The notes: generated by a model from the letters alone, not told the origin. Counted from the first letter of the stretch, positions 49,805 through 58,650 are shown. The stretch: DNA of 64,000 nucleotides from Escherichia coli (GCF_024223415.1 NZ_CP100500.1); one strand, 5' to 3'. Made by a program: numbers and translations.

Positions 49805-51091
49805 TTACCCCACTTTCTTATGGGGCATACATGGGACACTTTCAGATAGTCTTTTGTTAAGGAGTTCTATCTGTTCGTGATTGTTGTCTTTCATCCATGC
49901 TCCGTAAACATTGAATACCATTTGTGCGTTTGTGTGGCCCATCTGGCTTGCGATAAAACTAGGATTAGCTCCAGCGGCAAGTGACCAGCATGCATAAGTA
50001 TGCCTGGATTGGTACGATTTTCTGTGTCTCAGACCTGCGCGTTTTAAGATACTTGTCCATGACTCCCTGATGGAGTCAACCTTATAGTGCGGTCCGGAAA
50101 ACTGCCGCTGTTTTATTACCTGAGGACTAAAAACAAAAGTGCATTTATGCACAGTACTTCTCCCATATTCCCTCTGCTTTACCTCTACAGAATGTTGCTT
50201 TCCAAGCATGGTCATTTCCGCCTGACTTTTAAGAGCATCAATAGCTGGTTGAACCAGATGAATTGTCCTTCCGGTGCCAGCATCGGTTTTTGGTGGAGTG
50301 AATTCGCCAAGTTTTGTATAATTCCTACGGATGGTTATAGTCCTTGCTTTAAGGTCTATATCTTCCCATGCCAGCGATACCAACTCCCCGTGACGAATAC
50401 CCGTGTATACAGCGAGAATCCACAGGTTTTTTGTTTGTTGATGACGGCAAGCCTCAATAAAACGAATAAATTCGTCACGGGTGAGAGGATCTGGTTTTAC
50501 CTTGGACTTTTTTAAGGGAGCCAGACCGTTAAATGGGTTTCCTGAGGTATAACCATTATCTGTTGCAAATTGAAACATTCCAGCTATGGTTGTCATATAG
50601 TAGTTTACCGTGACCACTGAGCGCCCTTTTATGGAAGAAGTCTTTCCATTAGAAAGCTTTTGGTAACCGGTCAACAAATCTCTCCTTACGAAAAGTAAAT
50701 CCTCTTTTGTTATGGATGAAACCAGTTTTTTTTCACCTAACATTGGTAACATGTTTTTAATTACTGACTGGTAACGGTTAAGTGCATTCGCACAAATCTC
50801 AATTTTCTTAAGGTCCAACCATTTTTCCGAAAGTGCCTTAACGGTTATCTCTCTTTTTCCCAGACCAAAGTGTTTCAGGTTAGGGGAATTAGGGAACTGC
50901 GCGGCGTAGTCGAAACTCCCCATTCTGATTGCAAAACAAACGGAAGTGCGAAGTTCACCTGCGATCTTCCGGTTTTTGGCGGTGTCAGGAACACCGAGGT
51001 TTTCTCTGACACGTTTGCCATTATAGTGAAACCATATACGGAGTGATCCTCCATGGTTTTCAACGCCTGTCGGGTATGATACGTTACTCAT
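49805..51091 (-). CDS. int: Phage tyrosine integrase
   Basis: 428-aa ORF; C-terminal catalytic-domain residues (RHTYACW, GHTNAQMVFNVY); transcribed toward the att junction. Confidence 0.9.
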   Translation of the reverse strand: MSNVSYPTGVENHGGSLRIWFHYNGKRVRENLGVPDTAKNRKIAGELRTSVCFAIRMGSFDYAAQFPNSPNLKHFGLGKREITVKALSEKWLDLKKIEICANALNRYQSVIKNMLPMLGEKKLVSSITKEDLLFVRRDLLTGYQKLSNGKTSSIKGRSVVTVNYYMTTIAGMFQFATDNGYTSGNPFNGLAPLKKSKVKPDPLTRDEFIRFIEACRHQQTKNLWILAVYTGIRHGELVSLAWEDIDLKARTITIRRNYTKLGEFTPPKTDAGTGRTIHLVQPAIDALKSQAEMTMLGKQHSVEVKQREYGRSTVHKCTFVFSPQVIKQRQFSGPHYKVDSIRESWTSILKRAGLRHRKSYQSRHTYACWSLAAGANPSFIASQMGHTNAQMVFNVYGAWMKDNNHEQIELLNKRLSESVPCMPHKKVG

Positions 51092-51124
51092 TAAACCTCC
51101 CAGACGTCCAGGAGCATTAACAGG

Positions 51125-51379
51125 TTAACCGGAACTTGCATTTTTGGCACCTGGTTGTTTCTGGTTTTCGATCCATCGCATAATTTCTTCGATGTTGTAC
51201 AGGCATTCACTGTAGTGCCCCGGATCACCTTCTACAGCGTAATGGCGGTATTCTTTTCCCTGCATCCATGACTTTCTTCTTGCCCGCTCAATGGTGCCAG
51301 GCTTTAGCCCTGTTGATGCAATGAGGACTCTCTCCGTACACCATTTGCTGGGGGTTATCTGATAGATGATTGTTTGCAT
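51125..51379 (-). CDS. Putative excisionase / small DNA-binding protein
   Basis: 84-aa ORF immediately upstream of int in the same orientation; assigned by position and size only. Confidence 0.5.
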   Translation of the reverse strand: MQTIIYQITPSKWCTERVLIASTGLKPGTIERARRKSWMQGKEYRHYAVEGDPGHYSECLYNIEEIMRWIENQKQPGAKNASSG

Positions 51380-51535
51380 GCCAACCTCATAAAATTTTCA
51401 TCCACGGCAGTGGCACCACACATCAAACATTCGCTTCACAACTTCACGACAGTAGAAGCCGTCAACATCTCGCGTCAGGTCATAGCGATTGCCATAACGC
51501 TGGCGCACCCATAGTTCAAATGCTTTATTCATTCT

Positions 51536-51778
51536 TTACTTCCTTTTCATGGCCCGTAATTTTTTCAGATGAGCTTCCTGCTCTGTTTCTGCCAGAATTT
51601 GTCGGTATTCCTGGTGATCGAGCCGTTCAAACAGTTCATTAAAATCGTTTATTTTTACCGACTGTGTTCTCCCATCCATTCTTCTGTACAACACAGTGTT
51701 GTTTATGCAGCGAATAATTTTTACCGGGTAGCCAGCACTATCGGTGTATATCTGACCACGTTGAATCAGAGCGAACAT
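51536..51778 (-). CDS. Hypothetical phage protein
   Basis: 80-aa ORF in the leftward early operon. Confidence 0.45.
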   Translation of the reverse strand: MFALIQRGQIYTDSAGYPVKIIRCINNTVLYRRMDGRTQSVKINDFNELFERLDHQEYRQILAETEQEAHLKKLRAMKRK

Positions 51779-51865
51779 TCCTTTATCCCCAGCGGAAAAG
51801 CGAATACAGAATAAATGCCACCGCTATTGCAACTCCTACTGCGGTGAATGCTTCAGGCCAATTCA

Positions 51866-52495
51866 TCATTTCACCTCCACGCCGATCCCGGCAATAACAC
51901 AATCCCGTTTGATAGCTTCTTTCACCCAGCGTTTATAGGTTTCCGGATGGAATTTTGCGTTTTTTCCGGTACCGCTCCAGAATGCCTTTGATGTGATATC
52001 GGGCAGGGTGATGGTCAGGCCTTTCTTCTTGCTGCCTTCAGAACTTTTGCAAAAAGTTAATGCGTCGCGTAGTTCTTTAACACACGCATAGTTTTCTGCT
52101 TTCTCTGGGTCGCCGGTACGGTGTTCAGCTTCTTGTCTGCACCATTTGATGACTTTCTCTGCGGCTGCGTGGAGACGCTGACGTTGCCAGTCGTATGTGT
52201 CGACCAGCCCATATGCGTGATTCTTTGCTTTGCTTAATTCAGCGACGAGGCATTCGGAATCAATCAAATTATTTTCCGCAGCGGACAGCGCTTGTTTAAG
52301 TCGCTCGATTTCTTGAGCCATGTAGTAGCCGGTTTTACTCCAGGTATCGACATCATCGTCACTCATATCCAGTTCCATCGACGCCATCAGAACGGCGTCG
52401 TGATAGTTCTGGCTACCGCAGGTGATTGCAACGACGTAGGAGTCACTATTTTCTCGTTTATGGATAAGTACAACTGGGTTTTTGATCTTGCTCAT
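51866..52495 (-). CDS. Hypothetical phage protein
   Basis: 209-aa ORF; no motif I can recognise. Confidence 0.55.
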   Translation of the reverse strand: MSKIKNPVVLIHKRENSDSYVVAITCGSQNYHDAVLMASMELDMSDDDVDTWSKTGYYMAQEIERLKQALSAAENNLIDSECLVAELSKAKNHAYGLVDTYDWQRQRLHAAAEKVIKWCRQEAEHRTGDPEKAENYACVKELRDALTFCKSSEGSKKKGLTITLPDITSKAFWSGTGKNAKFHPETYKRWVKEAIKRDCVIAGIGVEVK

Positions 52496-52595
52496 TCCGC
52501 ACCTCAGTAATTCATTAAAAATTTATATTCAATCAGCGCACCGAAAACGACGGACGCCAGCAGCAGACCAAACAGCATGGACAGGAGGAATGACT

Positions 52596-52820
52596 TCATC
52601 GCTTTGCCTCCCGCTGTACGATTTTGTAGGCGCGCAGGATGTCGCGTGTTTTTCCTGACAACGATGACTTAACCCAGAAAAAGCCGCTGCGGTTTTCATA
52701 GATCCCCTGTACATTAAACAGCACCGCATCAACAACGCGGTTATGCTTTTGCAATGTCAGGCAGGAACTGGTGATCACGATGTTCGCTACGGCGCCATAG
52801 TCCTGGTATTGGATTTTCAT
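52596..52820 (-). CDS. Hypothetical phage protein
   Basis: 74-aa ORF abutting the next ORF; a 31-aa hydrophobic peptide ORF (MKSFLLSMLFGLLLASVVFGALIEYKFLMNY, ~52504-52599) overlaps its stop by ATGA. Confidence 0.45.
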   Translation of the reverse strand: MKIQYQDYGAVANIVITSSCLTLQKHNRVVDAVLFNVQGIYENRSGFFWVKSSLSGKTRDILRAYKIVQREAKR

Positions 52821-53159
52821 TTACATGTTCCCCATAACGGTATCGCTCATGTCGTTAACCATGCTCTGCCAGATTTCTTTGCCGCTTTGCGTCAGCTCGT
52901 TTCCACGAACGCATTTGCTTAACAGCTGAATACCAACGGCTTCCCATTGGGGGTAATTTTCTTTGATAGCCTTCAGAGCATAACCATCGATTAAATCCCT
53001 GATACCTTTAACCCCACCGATGATGTTTACTCGTATGGATTGCCCATTGACATTAATCATGAAATGATCTCCGTTGGTGGCGGATATGTGGTTGTGCAGT
53101 GCAGCCGCATACTGATTTGCCAGCGCATTGAGGCGGAAATTTTGTGTAATGAGTGGCAT
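52821..53159 (-). CDS. Hypothetical phage protein
   Basis: 112-aa ORF, stop/start abutting neighbours. Confidence 0.5.
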   Translation of the reverse strand: MPLITQNFRLNALANQYAAALHNHISATNGDHFMINVNGQSIRVNIIGGVKGIRDLIDGYALKAIKENYPQWEAVGIQLLSKCVRGNELTQSGKEIWQSMVNDMSDTVMGNM

Positions 53160-53905
53160 TATTTACCCTCCCAACCAATCACCTGAAACAGCCCCATTTT
53201 CGGGTGATACCAGCGGGTACCGCGTGGCTCTGCCTCTGACATCATCTGATGAAATGCTTTCATGAACGGCTCAAGCTCCACGATAGCCCGGCGAGAAAGA
53301 AGACCATCTGGCGTCATAAATTCGTGCGTATCGGTTGGGATGCTGTAGGCATTGACCAGATTGCGGCACTTGGCATCAGTCATTCCGCTTTTGGCGACCA
53401 CCTGGCGATAACCGACATATCCGGCGCGCATATTTCCGCGTTTGATGTTCTCCACAGCTTTGGTGACCGTTTCGATCTTCTCTTCAACATGACTCAGGCG
53501 CTTCTGCTGGCGAACGGCATCGGCGGCCATTGCAGCGATCATCTCCATTTCCGTCAGCGGCGCGTGAGTTCGGAAATAGCTGTTAACCAGTTCGCGCTGA
53601 ACCTGCCATGCAAGAGTATCGTTAAAAGGCTTCGTCAACATCAGGTAACCAGACTCGAAAAGAATGATCCCTTTGGCAGTTCGCGCGGCAAAGGCATCAG
53701 AAAGTGACTCCGTACGTATTACGTCCGCAGTCATTTCAAGAAAATCCACCCCTTCGATAAAGTGAGAACGGTTGCGGTTAAACGCAGCACGGGCGGTACC
53801 TTCCGGGCGCTGGTGGACGTCATCAATCATTGCAAATGTCACAACACGCTGACCGCGATATTCGATTACCGGAAACTGTTTGTTGTTGATGGTTACAGTA
53901 TTCAT
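53159..53905 (-). CDS. Hypothetical phage protein, possibly antirepressor/regulatory-like
   Basis: Start placed at MNTVTINNKQFPVIEYRGQRVVTF (RBS GGAGAT upstream); domain assignment is from memory and uncertain. Confidence 0.5.
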   Translation of the reverse strand: MNTVTINNKQFPVIEYRGQRVVTFAMIDDVHQRPEGTARAAFNRNRSHFIEGVDFLEMTADVIRTESLSDAFAARTAKGIILFESGYLMLTKPFNDTLAWQVQRELVNSYFRTHAPLTEMEMIAAMAADAVRQQKRLSHVEEKIETVTKAVENIKRGNMRAGYVGYRQVVAKSGMTDAKCRNLVNAYSIPTDTHEFMTPDGLLSRRAIVELEPFMKAFHQMMSEAEPRGTRWYHPKMGLFQVIGWEGK

Positions 53906-53948
53906 TTTTATCTCCAGACAGCCCGGCGTGTAATACCGGGCATATGTA

Positions 53949-54776
53949 TTACTTAACCTGAATAAATGGTGTGTTGGCACCGCTGGTCATGTATTGCGGC
54001 AGTGTACCGTTCCACTTGTTGATGGCTTCCAGCTCCATAACGTTTGGGTTCTGGCGCAGAGCTTCACCGCGTAAACGAATAGCATCGGCTTCGGCCTGGG
54101 CTTTTGTGCGAATCGCATCTGCCTGTCCGGCAGCTTCCGCGCGCAACATGTTGGCTTCCGCTTCGCGCTGTTTTACTTCCTGCTCGCGTTGCAGGGTTTT
54201 CTGGTTGGCCGTGACTTTGGCATTAATGCTGTCGATAACGGTTGGCGGGTACTCCGGCTTACCCACATATGAGAGGCTCATTACCTGAATACCGATAGGT
54301 GTCATCTCTGCCTGAATGTCTTTAAGAGCTTCATCCAGCAGCTCAGACTTGCCGCCGTCGATAAATTTGTCAGTGGTCATTTTGCTGGCCAGTCGGTTGA
54401 GTGCGTCGGCGATCTTCTGGCGCAGGTCAGTGTCGGTAATGTCATCCACGCCTTTGCGGTAGGTCTGAAACACCGTGGTAACTTTGGATGGATCAACTTT
54501 GTAGGCCACGCCAATGTGATAGCCGATGGTTGTACCGTCACTCATCTGGAAACTGAACGGTTCATCGTAGGTCTTCATTTGTTTGAAGGTGGGGAAGATA
54601 TAAACTTCAGTATTCCAGCCAGTCCAGTAGCGACCAACACCGACCACCTCACCGACGCCTTTGTCGTCGCCCAGTTTATTTACCTTGATGCCAACATTAC
54701 CTGGTTCAACGCGATCGCAACCGACAAGGCCAATAGTCGGCAGAACAATGGCTAAAGCAAAAATAATTTTTTTCAT
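53949..54776 (-). CDS. SPFH/band-7 (prohibitin/flotillin-like) domain lipoprotein
   Basis: 275-aa ORF; lipoprotein signal MKKIIFALAIVLPTIGLVGC; SPFH-like core followed by an Ala/Glu/Arg/Gln-rich coiled-coil tail (EQEVKQREAEANMLRAEAAGQADAIRTKAQAEADAIRLRGEALRQ). Confidence 0.7.
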   Translation of the reverse strand: MKKIIFALAIVLPTIGLVGCDRVEPGNVGIKVNKLGDDKGVGEVVGVGRYWTGWNTEVYIFPTFKQMKTYDEPFSFQMSDGTTIGYHIGVAYKVDPSKVTTVFQTYRKGVDDITDTDLRQKIADALNRLASKMTTDKFIDGGKSELLDEALKDIQAEMTPIGIQVMSLSYVGKPEYPPTVIDSINAKVTANQKTLQREQEVKQREAEANMLRAEAAGQADAIRTKAQAEADAIRLRGEALRQNPNVMELEAINKWNGTLPQYMTSGANTPFIQVK

Positions 54777-54961
54777 CTTTTATCCTTAGTGAAAGAAAGA
54801 CCCTTGTAAATGGCATAAATGCAGGGCGGGGTCAGAAACGCCAGTGCAAAGCCAGAAATAACTGCTATCGTATCCTTCATGGATATAAGGAACGGAACGA
54901 TTAATCCGTAAATACATGTGATAATTGCCAGTGATATAACTATTCTGAAATAAATGTTCAT
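54773..54961 (-). CDS. Small membrane protein, translationally coupled to the SPFH lipoprotein
   Basis: 62-aa ORF with two hydrophobic helices; stop overlaps the SPFH start by 4 nt. Confidence 0.55.
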   Translation of the reverse strand: MNIYFRIVISLAIITCIYGLIVPFLISMKDTIAVISGFALAFLTPPCIYAIYKGLSFTKDKR

Positions 54962-55021
54962 GGTCCTCCTGATGTATTCGGCTTGCCTTATTTAATTGCG
55001 TCATAGTTAATTTCGTTTACG

Positions 55022-55412
55022 TCAGAATGGTTTTGTTGCCATCAGTTCGTAATATCCGGCGCTCCATGTGTCATATTTTCTGAACCATTTTTCTGTATAC
55101 TGTTTCCTGGCGATGAGTCTGCGCAGTCGTCTGATTGTTCGCTGGTGTGCGCGGGTATACTCTGTGGTTGATTCTCCACGTTTCCATATCTCATTCCTGT
55201 TGAAGATAAAACGCTTGTCAGGATAGCGTTGTCGGAATCCTGAACGTTCAAAAGCGCGGGTGGTCATAAAGAATGCCAGGTAACGAATTGCCGTTTTTCG
55301 AGTGAGGCATTTTTTTTGTTCTTCCGTGGCGTGTTACAAAAAATAACGGGCCGACGGGTGTATCATGTTTCTGTAATGCCTGGTCAATGGCGCTGGCGGT
55401 GCGGTTGTCGAT
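55022..55412 (-). pseudogene. Hypothetical phage gene split by a frameshift at a T8/A8 homopolymer
   Basis: A 57-aa ORF (MIDNRTASAIDQALQKHDTPVGPLFFVTRHGRTKK...) and the 81-aa track ORF 55022..55267 become one ~130-aa ORF if the A8 run (plus-strand T8 at ~55309-55316) is shortened by 1 nt. Confidence 0.4.
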
Positions 55413-55601
55413 CATTTCTTTATTTCTCCCGAATAACGTTCATGACTCATTACTTCCCAGTTCCGGCCGTCGTCTTTCGATAACAGCCGCCAGCGACGGT
55501 TAACCTTCAGACTGAGATATCCGGTGCGCTGTATCCGATGCGGAAATATCCGTCGGCATCGGTACAACAACAGGACCTGCAATGCCTGCCGGTGGATCCG
55601 C

Positions 55602-55817
55602 TCAGGAATGCGTGTTGCTGTTAATGCCACCGGTTTCCTCCTGAGCAGGTGCTGTTATCTGATACCCCGCTCTTTCTGCCAGCCGTATGAATGTATCCAT
55701 GCTGGCAATCAGCTCGCCATCGCGGACTTTGCAGACACCTGTGACTTGGCCATTTTCAATTGTCATAACGATCTGCACTTTTTCGCGCACAACAGATACA
55801 GGGGATAAATTAGCCAT
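55602..55817 (-). CDS. Hypothetical phage protein
   Basis: 71-aa ORF, 1-nt overlap with the upstream ORF. Confidence 0.45.
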   Translation of the reverse strand: MANLSPVSVVREKVQIVMTIENGQVTGVCKVRDGELIASMDTFIRLAERAGYQITAPAQEETGGINSNTHS

Positions 55818-56176
55818 CAGTTAATTCCTCCACTGGTATATTTTTCTTTTTCGTAATCAACAACCTCTTTTAAAAGGTTGTCTACAATTAACTTCCCCGA
55901 TTCAGTTAGATACTCAGTGTGTTGATTAATATTGATGGCATTGCGGTATGCGGCAAGTATTGCGGTCTCGCCATCCGTCCGTCCAAATTCAACACGGGTA
56001 AGACCTTCAAATCGTAATAACAGTTGTGTCATGAAGTGTTCCGTAATTTCGATGGTAGTTAACCCTCCGTCAGGAAGATTTACGATGAGAAGATTTCCTC
56101 CTGTTTTACGTTGCATCCGCTGTAATGCTGTTGTGACTATGCGGTGACGATATTTACCAATGATTTCATATGCCAT
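55817..56176 (-). CDS. Hypothetical phage protein
   Basis: 119-aa ORF. Confidence 0.5.
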   Translation of the reverse strand: MAYEIIGKYRHRIVTTALQRMQRKTGGNLLIVNLPDGGLTTIEITEHFMTQLLLRFEGLTRVEFGRTDGETAILAAYRNAININQHTEYLTESGKLIVDNLLKEVVDYEKEKYTSGGIN

Positions 56177-56360
56177 TTGTTATTTCCCGTATGCTTTCCT
56201 AAGAAACAGTATTGCAACTGACCAGTATCCTGCATTAGCCATTAATAAGGCGGTTTTATAAGCGCTTCTATTTTTCATGTATCACCATTATTTTCTGGTT
56301 GTGAAAACTCCCGACCAGAGGCCGTCATGTTTTTATGTGTGATTTTTTATTGAGTATTCT

Positions 56361-56552
56361 TTATTCGTTACGTAGTGTTTCTATATACTCGTAAGCCATT
56401 TCACAGGTCTTATTCATGGACCTGATGAGACAACATAAATAATCGTCTAACTCTCCTGAGTCGGGCGAATTCTTAAATATAAATTCAAGCATTGATGTAT
56501 TCTCTTTTATTTGTGCCGCCACTTCCTCAAGAATATTTAATGGAGTTTTCAT
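56361..56552 (-). CDS. Hypothetical phage protein
   Basis: 63-aa ORF overlapping the upstream ORF by 4 nt. Confidence 0.4.
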   Translation of the reverse strand: MKTPLNILEEVAAQIKENTSMLEFIFKNSPDSGELDDYLCCLIRSMNKTCEMAYEYIETLRNE

Positions 56553-56773
56553 GTTCTTTGCTCCTTTAATGTGTCTCTGGCGCTTCTGGCGTATTGTTGT
56601 GCAAGTAAAAAGATGTCATCCGAAAGTTCATCACATTCTTCATCACCTGAAGCCGAAATGATTAACCCCGCTTCAAGCAGTACGGCAATGTGATGAAAAG
56701 CTGTTTCCGGTTCGTTGGTGAGGCCTTTGAACATTTTCATTTTATGCTTCCTCCTGATTTTGTTTATAAGCAC
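56549..56773 (-). CDS. Hypothetical phage protein with basic N-terminus
   Basis: 74-aa ORF, N-terminus KIRRKHKMKMFK. Confidence 0.4.
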   Translation of the reverse strand: MLINKIRRKHKMKMFKGLTNEPETAFHHIAVLLEAGLIISASGDEECDELSDDIFLLAQQYARSARDTLKEQRT

Positions 56774-57161
56774 CAGTCAGTAACCACATCGGATCACAGC
56801 CAAGAACATTAGCCAGAGGAATAATCTGGCTTGCCAGAGGCTCCCTCTTGCCACTTTCCCACTGGATGATAATTTCTTCATCGAGATTGAGCAGCCTGGC
56901 GAGTTCGGCGGTTGTTAAGCCGCAGTCTTCGCGTTGGGTGCGAATCCGATTCTGGGAATTAATAGCTAAATTTTGTTTGCATAAACGTGACGCGGTGAGG
57001 CTATATTTTTGAGTTACAGCCAGGATGGAGCTGGCAAGTTCAATTAACTCAGGGTTATTGCTGCTATACAGTAGTGCACCAGCCCCTACTAAGAGCTGAA
57101 TATTCTCAAGAGCATCGTGCTGATTTGTTGGTAACCCCATATACGATGACATTTTTCTCAT
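56742..57161 (-). CDS. HTH (XRE-like) domain protein, first gene of the leftward early operon
   Basis: 139-aa ORF with a C-terminal helix-turn-helix (GLTTAELARLLNLDEEIIIQWESGKREP). Confidence 0.55.
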   Translation of the reverse strand: MRKMSSYMGLPTNQHDALENIQLLVGAGALLYSSNNPELIELASSILAVTQKYSLTASRLCKQNLAINSQNRIRTQREDCGLTTAELARLLNLDEEIIIQWESGKREPLASQIIPLANVLGCDPMWLLTGAYKQNQEEA

Positions 57162-57212
57162 CCTCTATAATTGCTTTGGTGAGTTCGATACCTATGTCAA
57201 GATAATAGGTTT

Positions 57213-57244
57213 ACCGATTTCACCTGTCAATCGGTTTATCGATT
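57213..57244. promoter_or_regulatory. Putative OL operator palindromes
   Basis: ACCGATT-N9-AATCGGT and AATCG-N6-CGATT inverted repeats, sharing half-sites with the cI-cro palindrome. Confidence 0.5.
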
Positions 57245-57250
57245 TTTTCC

Positions 57251-57276
57251 AAAAAAAAGCCCACTTAAGAGTGGGC
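57251..57276 (-). terminator. Intrinsic terminator downstream of cI
   Basis: On the minus strand, GCCCACT-cttaa-GTGGGC followed by T8. Confidence 0.75.
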
Positions 57277-57294
57277 GGGTTAAATGATTTTTGC

Positions 57295-57987
57295 TTATGC
57301 AAAACGGTGTAGTGTCATAGGCCAACTGACAATTACTTTTCCGTCAATGTGAAGTTGTTCGAAGTCTTCCGGTTCGATAGCCCAATCCTTGTAAGCTGGG
57401 TTGTCAGATATCACCGTTAGAGTATCTTTGATTTTTTGAAGTCTTTTGATGTGCGATGTTCCAGAGTATGTAAAGGCGTATATACCATCACCATTAAATG
57501 TGCGAACTGATACATCTACAAATACCAAGTCTTCAGGGTCTATTGTGCCTTTCATACTGTCGCCGTGGGCGTTTATTGCTTTGATTGCTGATGCTGGTCT
57601 GCCGCCAAAAACTCTTGATGCGTATCCTGGCTCTATCGCTATAGATCTGACAATGTCAGGAAAATCAGAGTTATAACTACCAGGTCCGCAACTATATCTG
57701 ATGTCTAAAACATCCACGACATACGAATCAGTAACCCAATCTTCAGAAATGTTACGTATTTGGTGTGAGTCTGCAGAGGTCACGATTTCCATTGGGCCAA
57801 CACCCGATGCGAGCCATTCCGGGTTAACGCCCAAAACTTTTGCTATTTCGACTGTTTTTCTGGAACCGTTGGCTTTGTTAAGTAGTTGGTTAACACTGGA
57901 CTGAGCCATACCCACTTCTTTGGCCAGCCTACCTTGCGTAAATTTTGCGTTGCGCATAGCTAAATCAAGTCGTTCTGAAAATGTCAT
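57295..57987 (-). CDS. cI: Phage CI-type repressor (N-terminal HTH, C-terminal S24 LexA-like peptidase)
   Basis: 230-aa ORF; HTH (FTQGRLAKEVGMAQSSVNQL) and C-terminal autocleavage-domain motifs (GDSM...K); divergent from cro. Confidence 0.85.
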   Translation of the reverse strand: MTFSERLDLAMRNAKFTQGRLAKEVGMAQSSVNQLLNKANGSRKTVEIAKVLGVNPEWLASGVGPMEIVTSADSHQIRNISEDWVTDSYVVDVLDIRYSCGPGSYNSDFPDIVRSIAIEPGYASRVFGGRPASAIKAINAHGDSMKGTIDPEDLVFVDVSVRTFNGDGIYAFTYSGTSHIKRLQKIKDTLTVISDNPAYKDWAIEPEDFEQLHIDGKVIVSWPMTLHRFA

Positions 57988-58020
57988 TGCGATTTTCCTC
58001 CCCTCTCTATCTTGGCTAGT

Positions 58021-58038
58021 TTATCGGCTTTCCGATAA
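58021..58038. promoter_or_regulatory. Putative OR operator
   Basis: TTATCGG-cttt-CCGATAA perfect palindrome between cI and cro. Confidence 0.6.
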
Positions 58039-58106
58039 ATATTCTAGGTTTAACGTTGAATATCGCTTTTCCTGTTGTTATTATGCGTTCAATAGGAGAT
58101 GCGATT

Positions 58107-58394
58107 ATGAAACATAAAGCCATAGAGAAAGCTATTGAGATTCTTGGAAGTCAGCAAGCCTTAGCCAAGCGATGCGGAAAGGCCCAGTCAACAGTCTGCG
58201 ATTGGTTGAACTGCAAGAACAAGATTTCACCAGAATTTGTGCCGTTATTGGTTGCAGCTGTCGACGGAAAGATCCAAGCGTATGAATTTCGTCCAGACCT
58301 ACCAGAGCTTTTTCCACATCCAAGCTTAGCGCGCACGGGGGAGGTGAAGGGCTTGTATGTCCCAGAATTACGTTCAGACAGAGATGCCATCTAG
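58107..58394 (+). CDS. cro: Cro-like HTH regulator
   Basis: ATG at 58107 with RBS AGGAGA; MKHKAIEKAIEILGSQQALAKRCGKAQSTVCDWLN (HTH); track ORF begins at an upstream TTG. Confidence 0.7.
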   Translation: MKHKAIEKAIEILGSQQALAKRCGKAQSTVCDWLNCKNKISPEFVPLLVAAVDGKIQAYEFRPDLPELFPHPSLARTGEVKGLYVPELRSDRDAI

Positions 58395-58650
58395 GTACTG
58401 CCAGGCAGACGAAGAGTGGATTCAGCAGCAGTTACAGAGGCTGCCTCCGTCACTGAGACGGAAGGTCGCCCTGAAATATGCGGAGGTATACGAAATCACT
58501 TTTGACGCTGAGCCTGTTTCATTCCGCAAGGAGAACAGAGCAAGGCACGAAGCAAACACAAGGCTCCGCCTGTTCGTGAGAAATCAGGGCAGAGCTTTAC
58601 AGGGGTATACAACTCAGCCGCCCCTGGCAGGAACGCAATCGCGCTCCTGA
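58357..58650 (+). CDS. Hypothetical phage early protein (cII position)
   Basis: 97-aa ORF with RBS GGAGGTGAAGG; overlaps the cro 3' end. Confidence 0.5.
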   Translation: MSQNYVQTEMPSRYCQADEEWIQQQLQRLPPSLRRKVALKYAEVYEITFDAEPVSFRKENRARHEANTRLRLFVRNQGRALQGYTTQPPLAGTQSRS

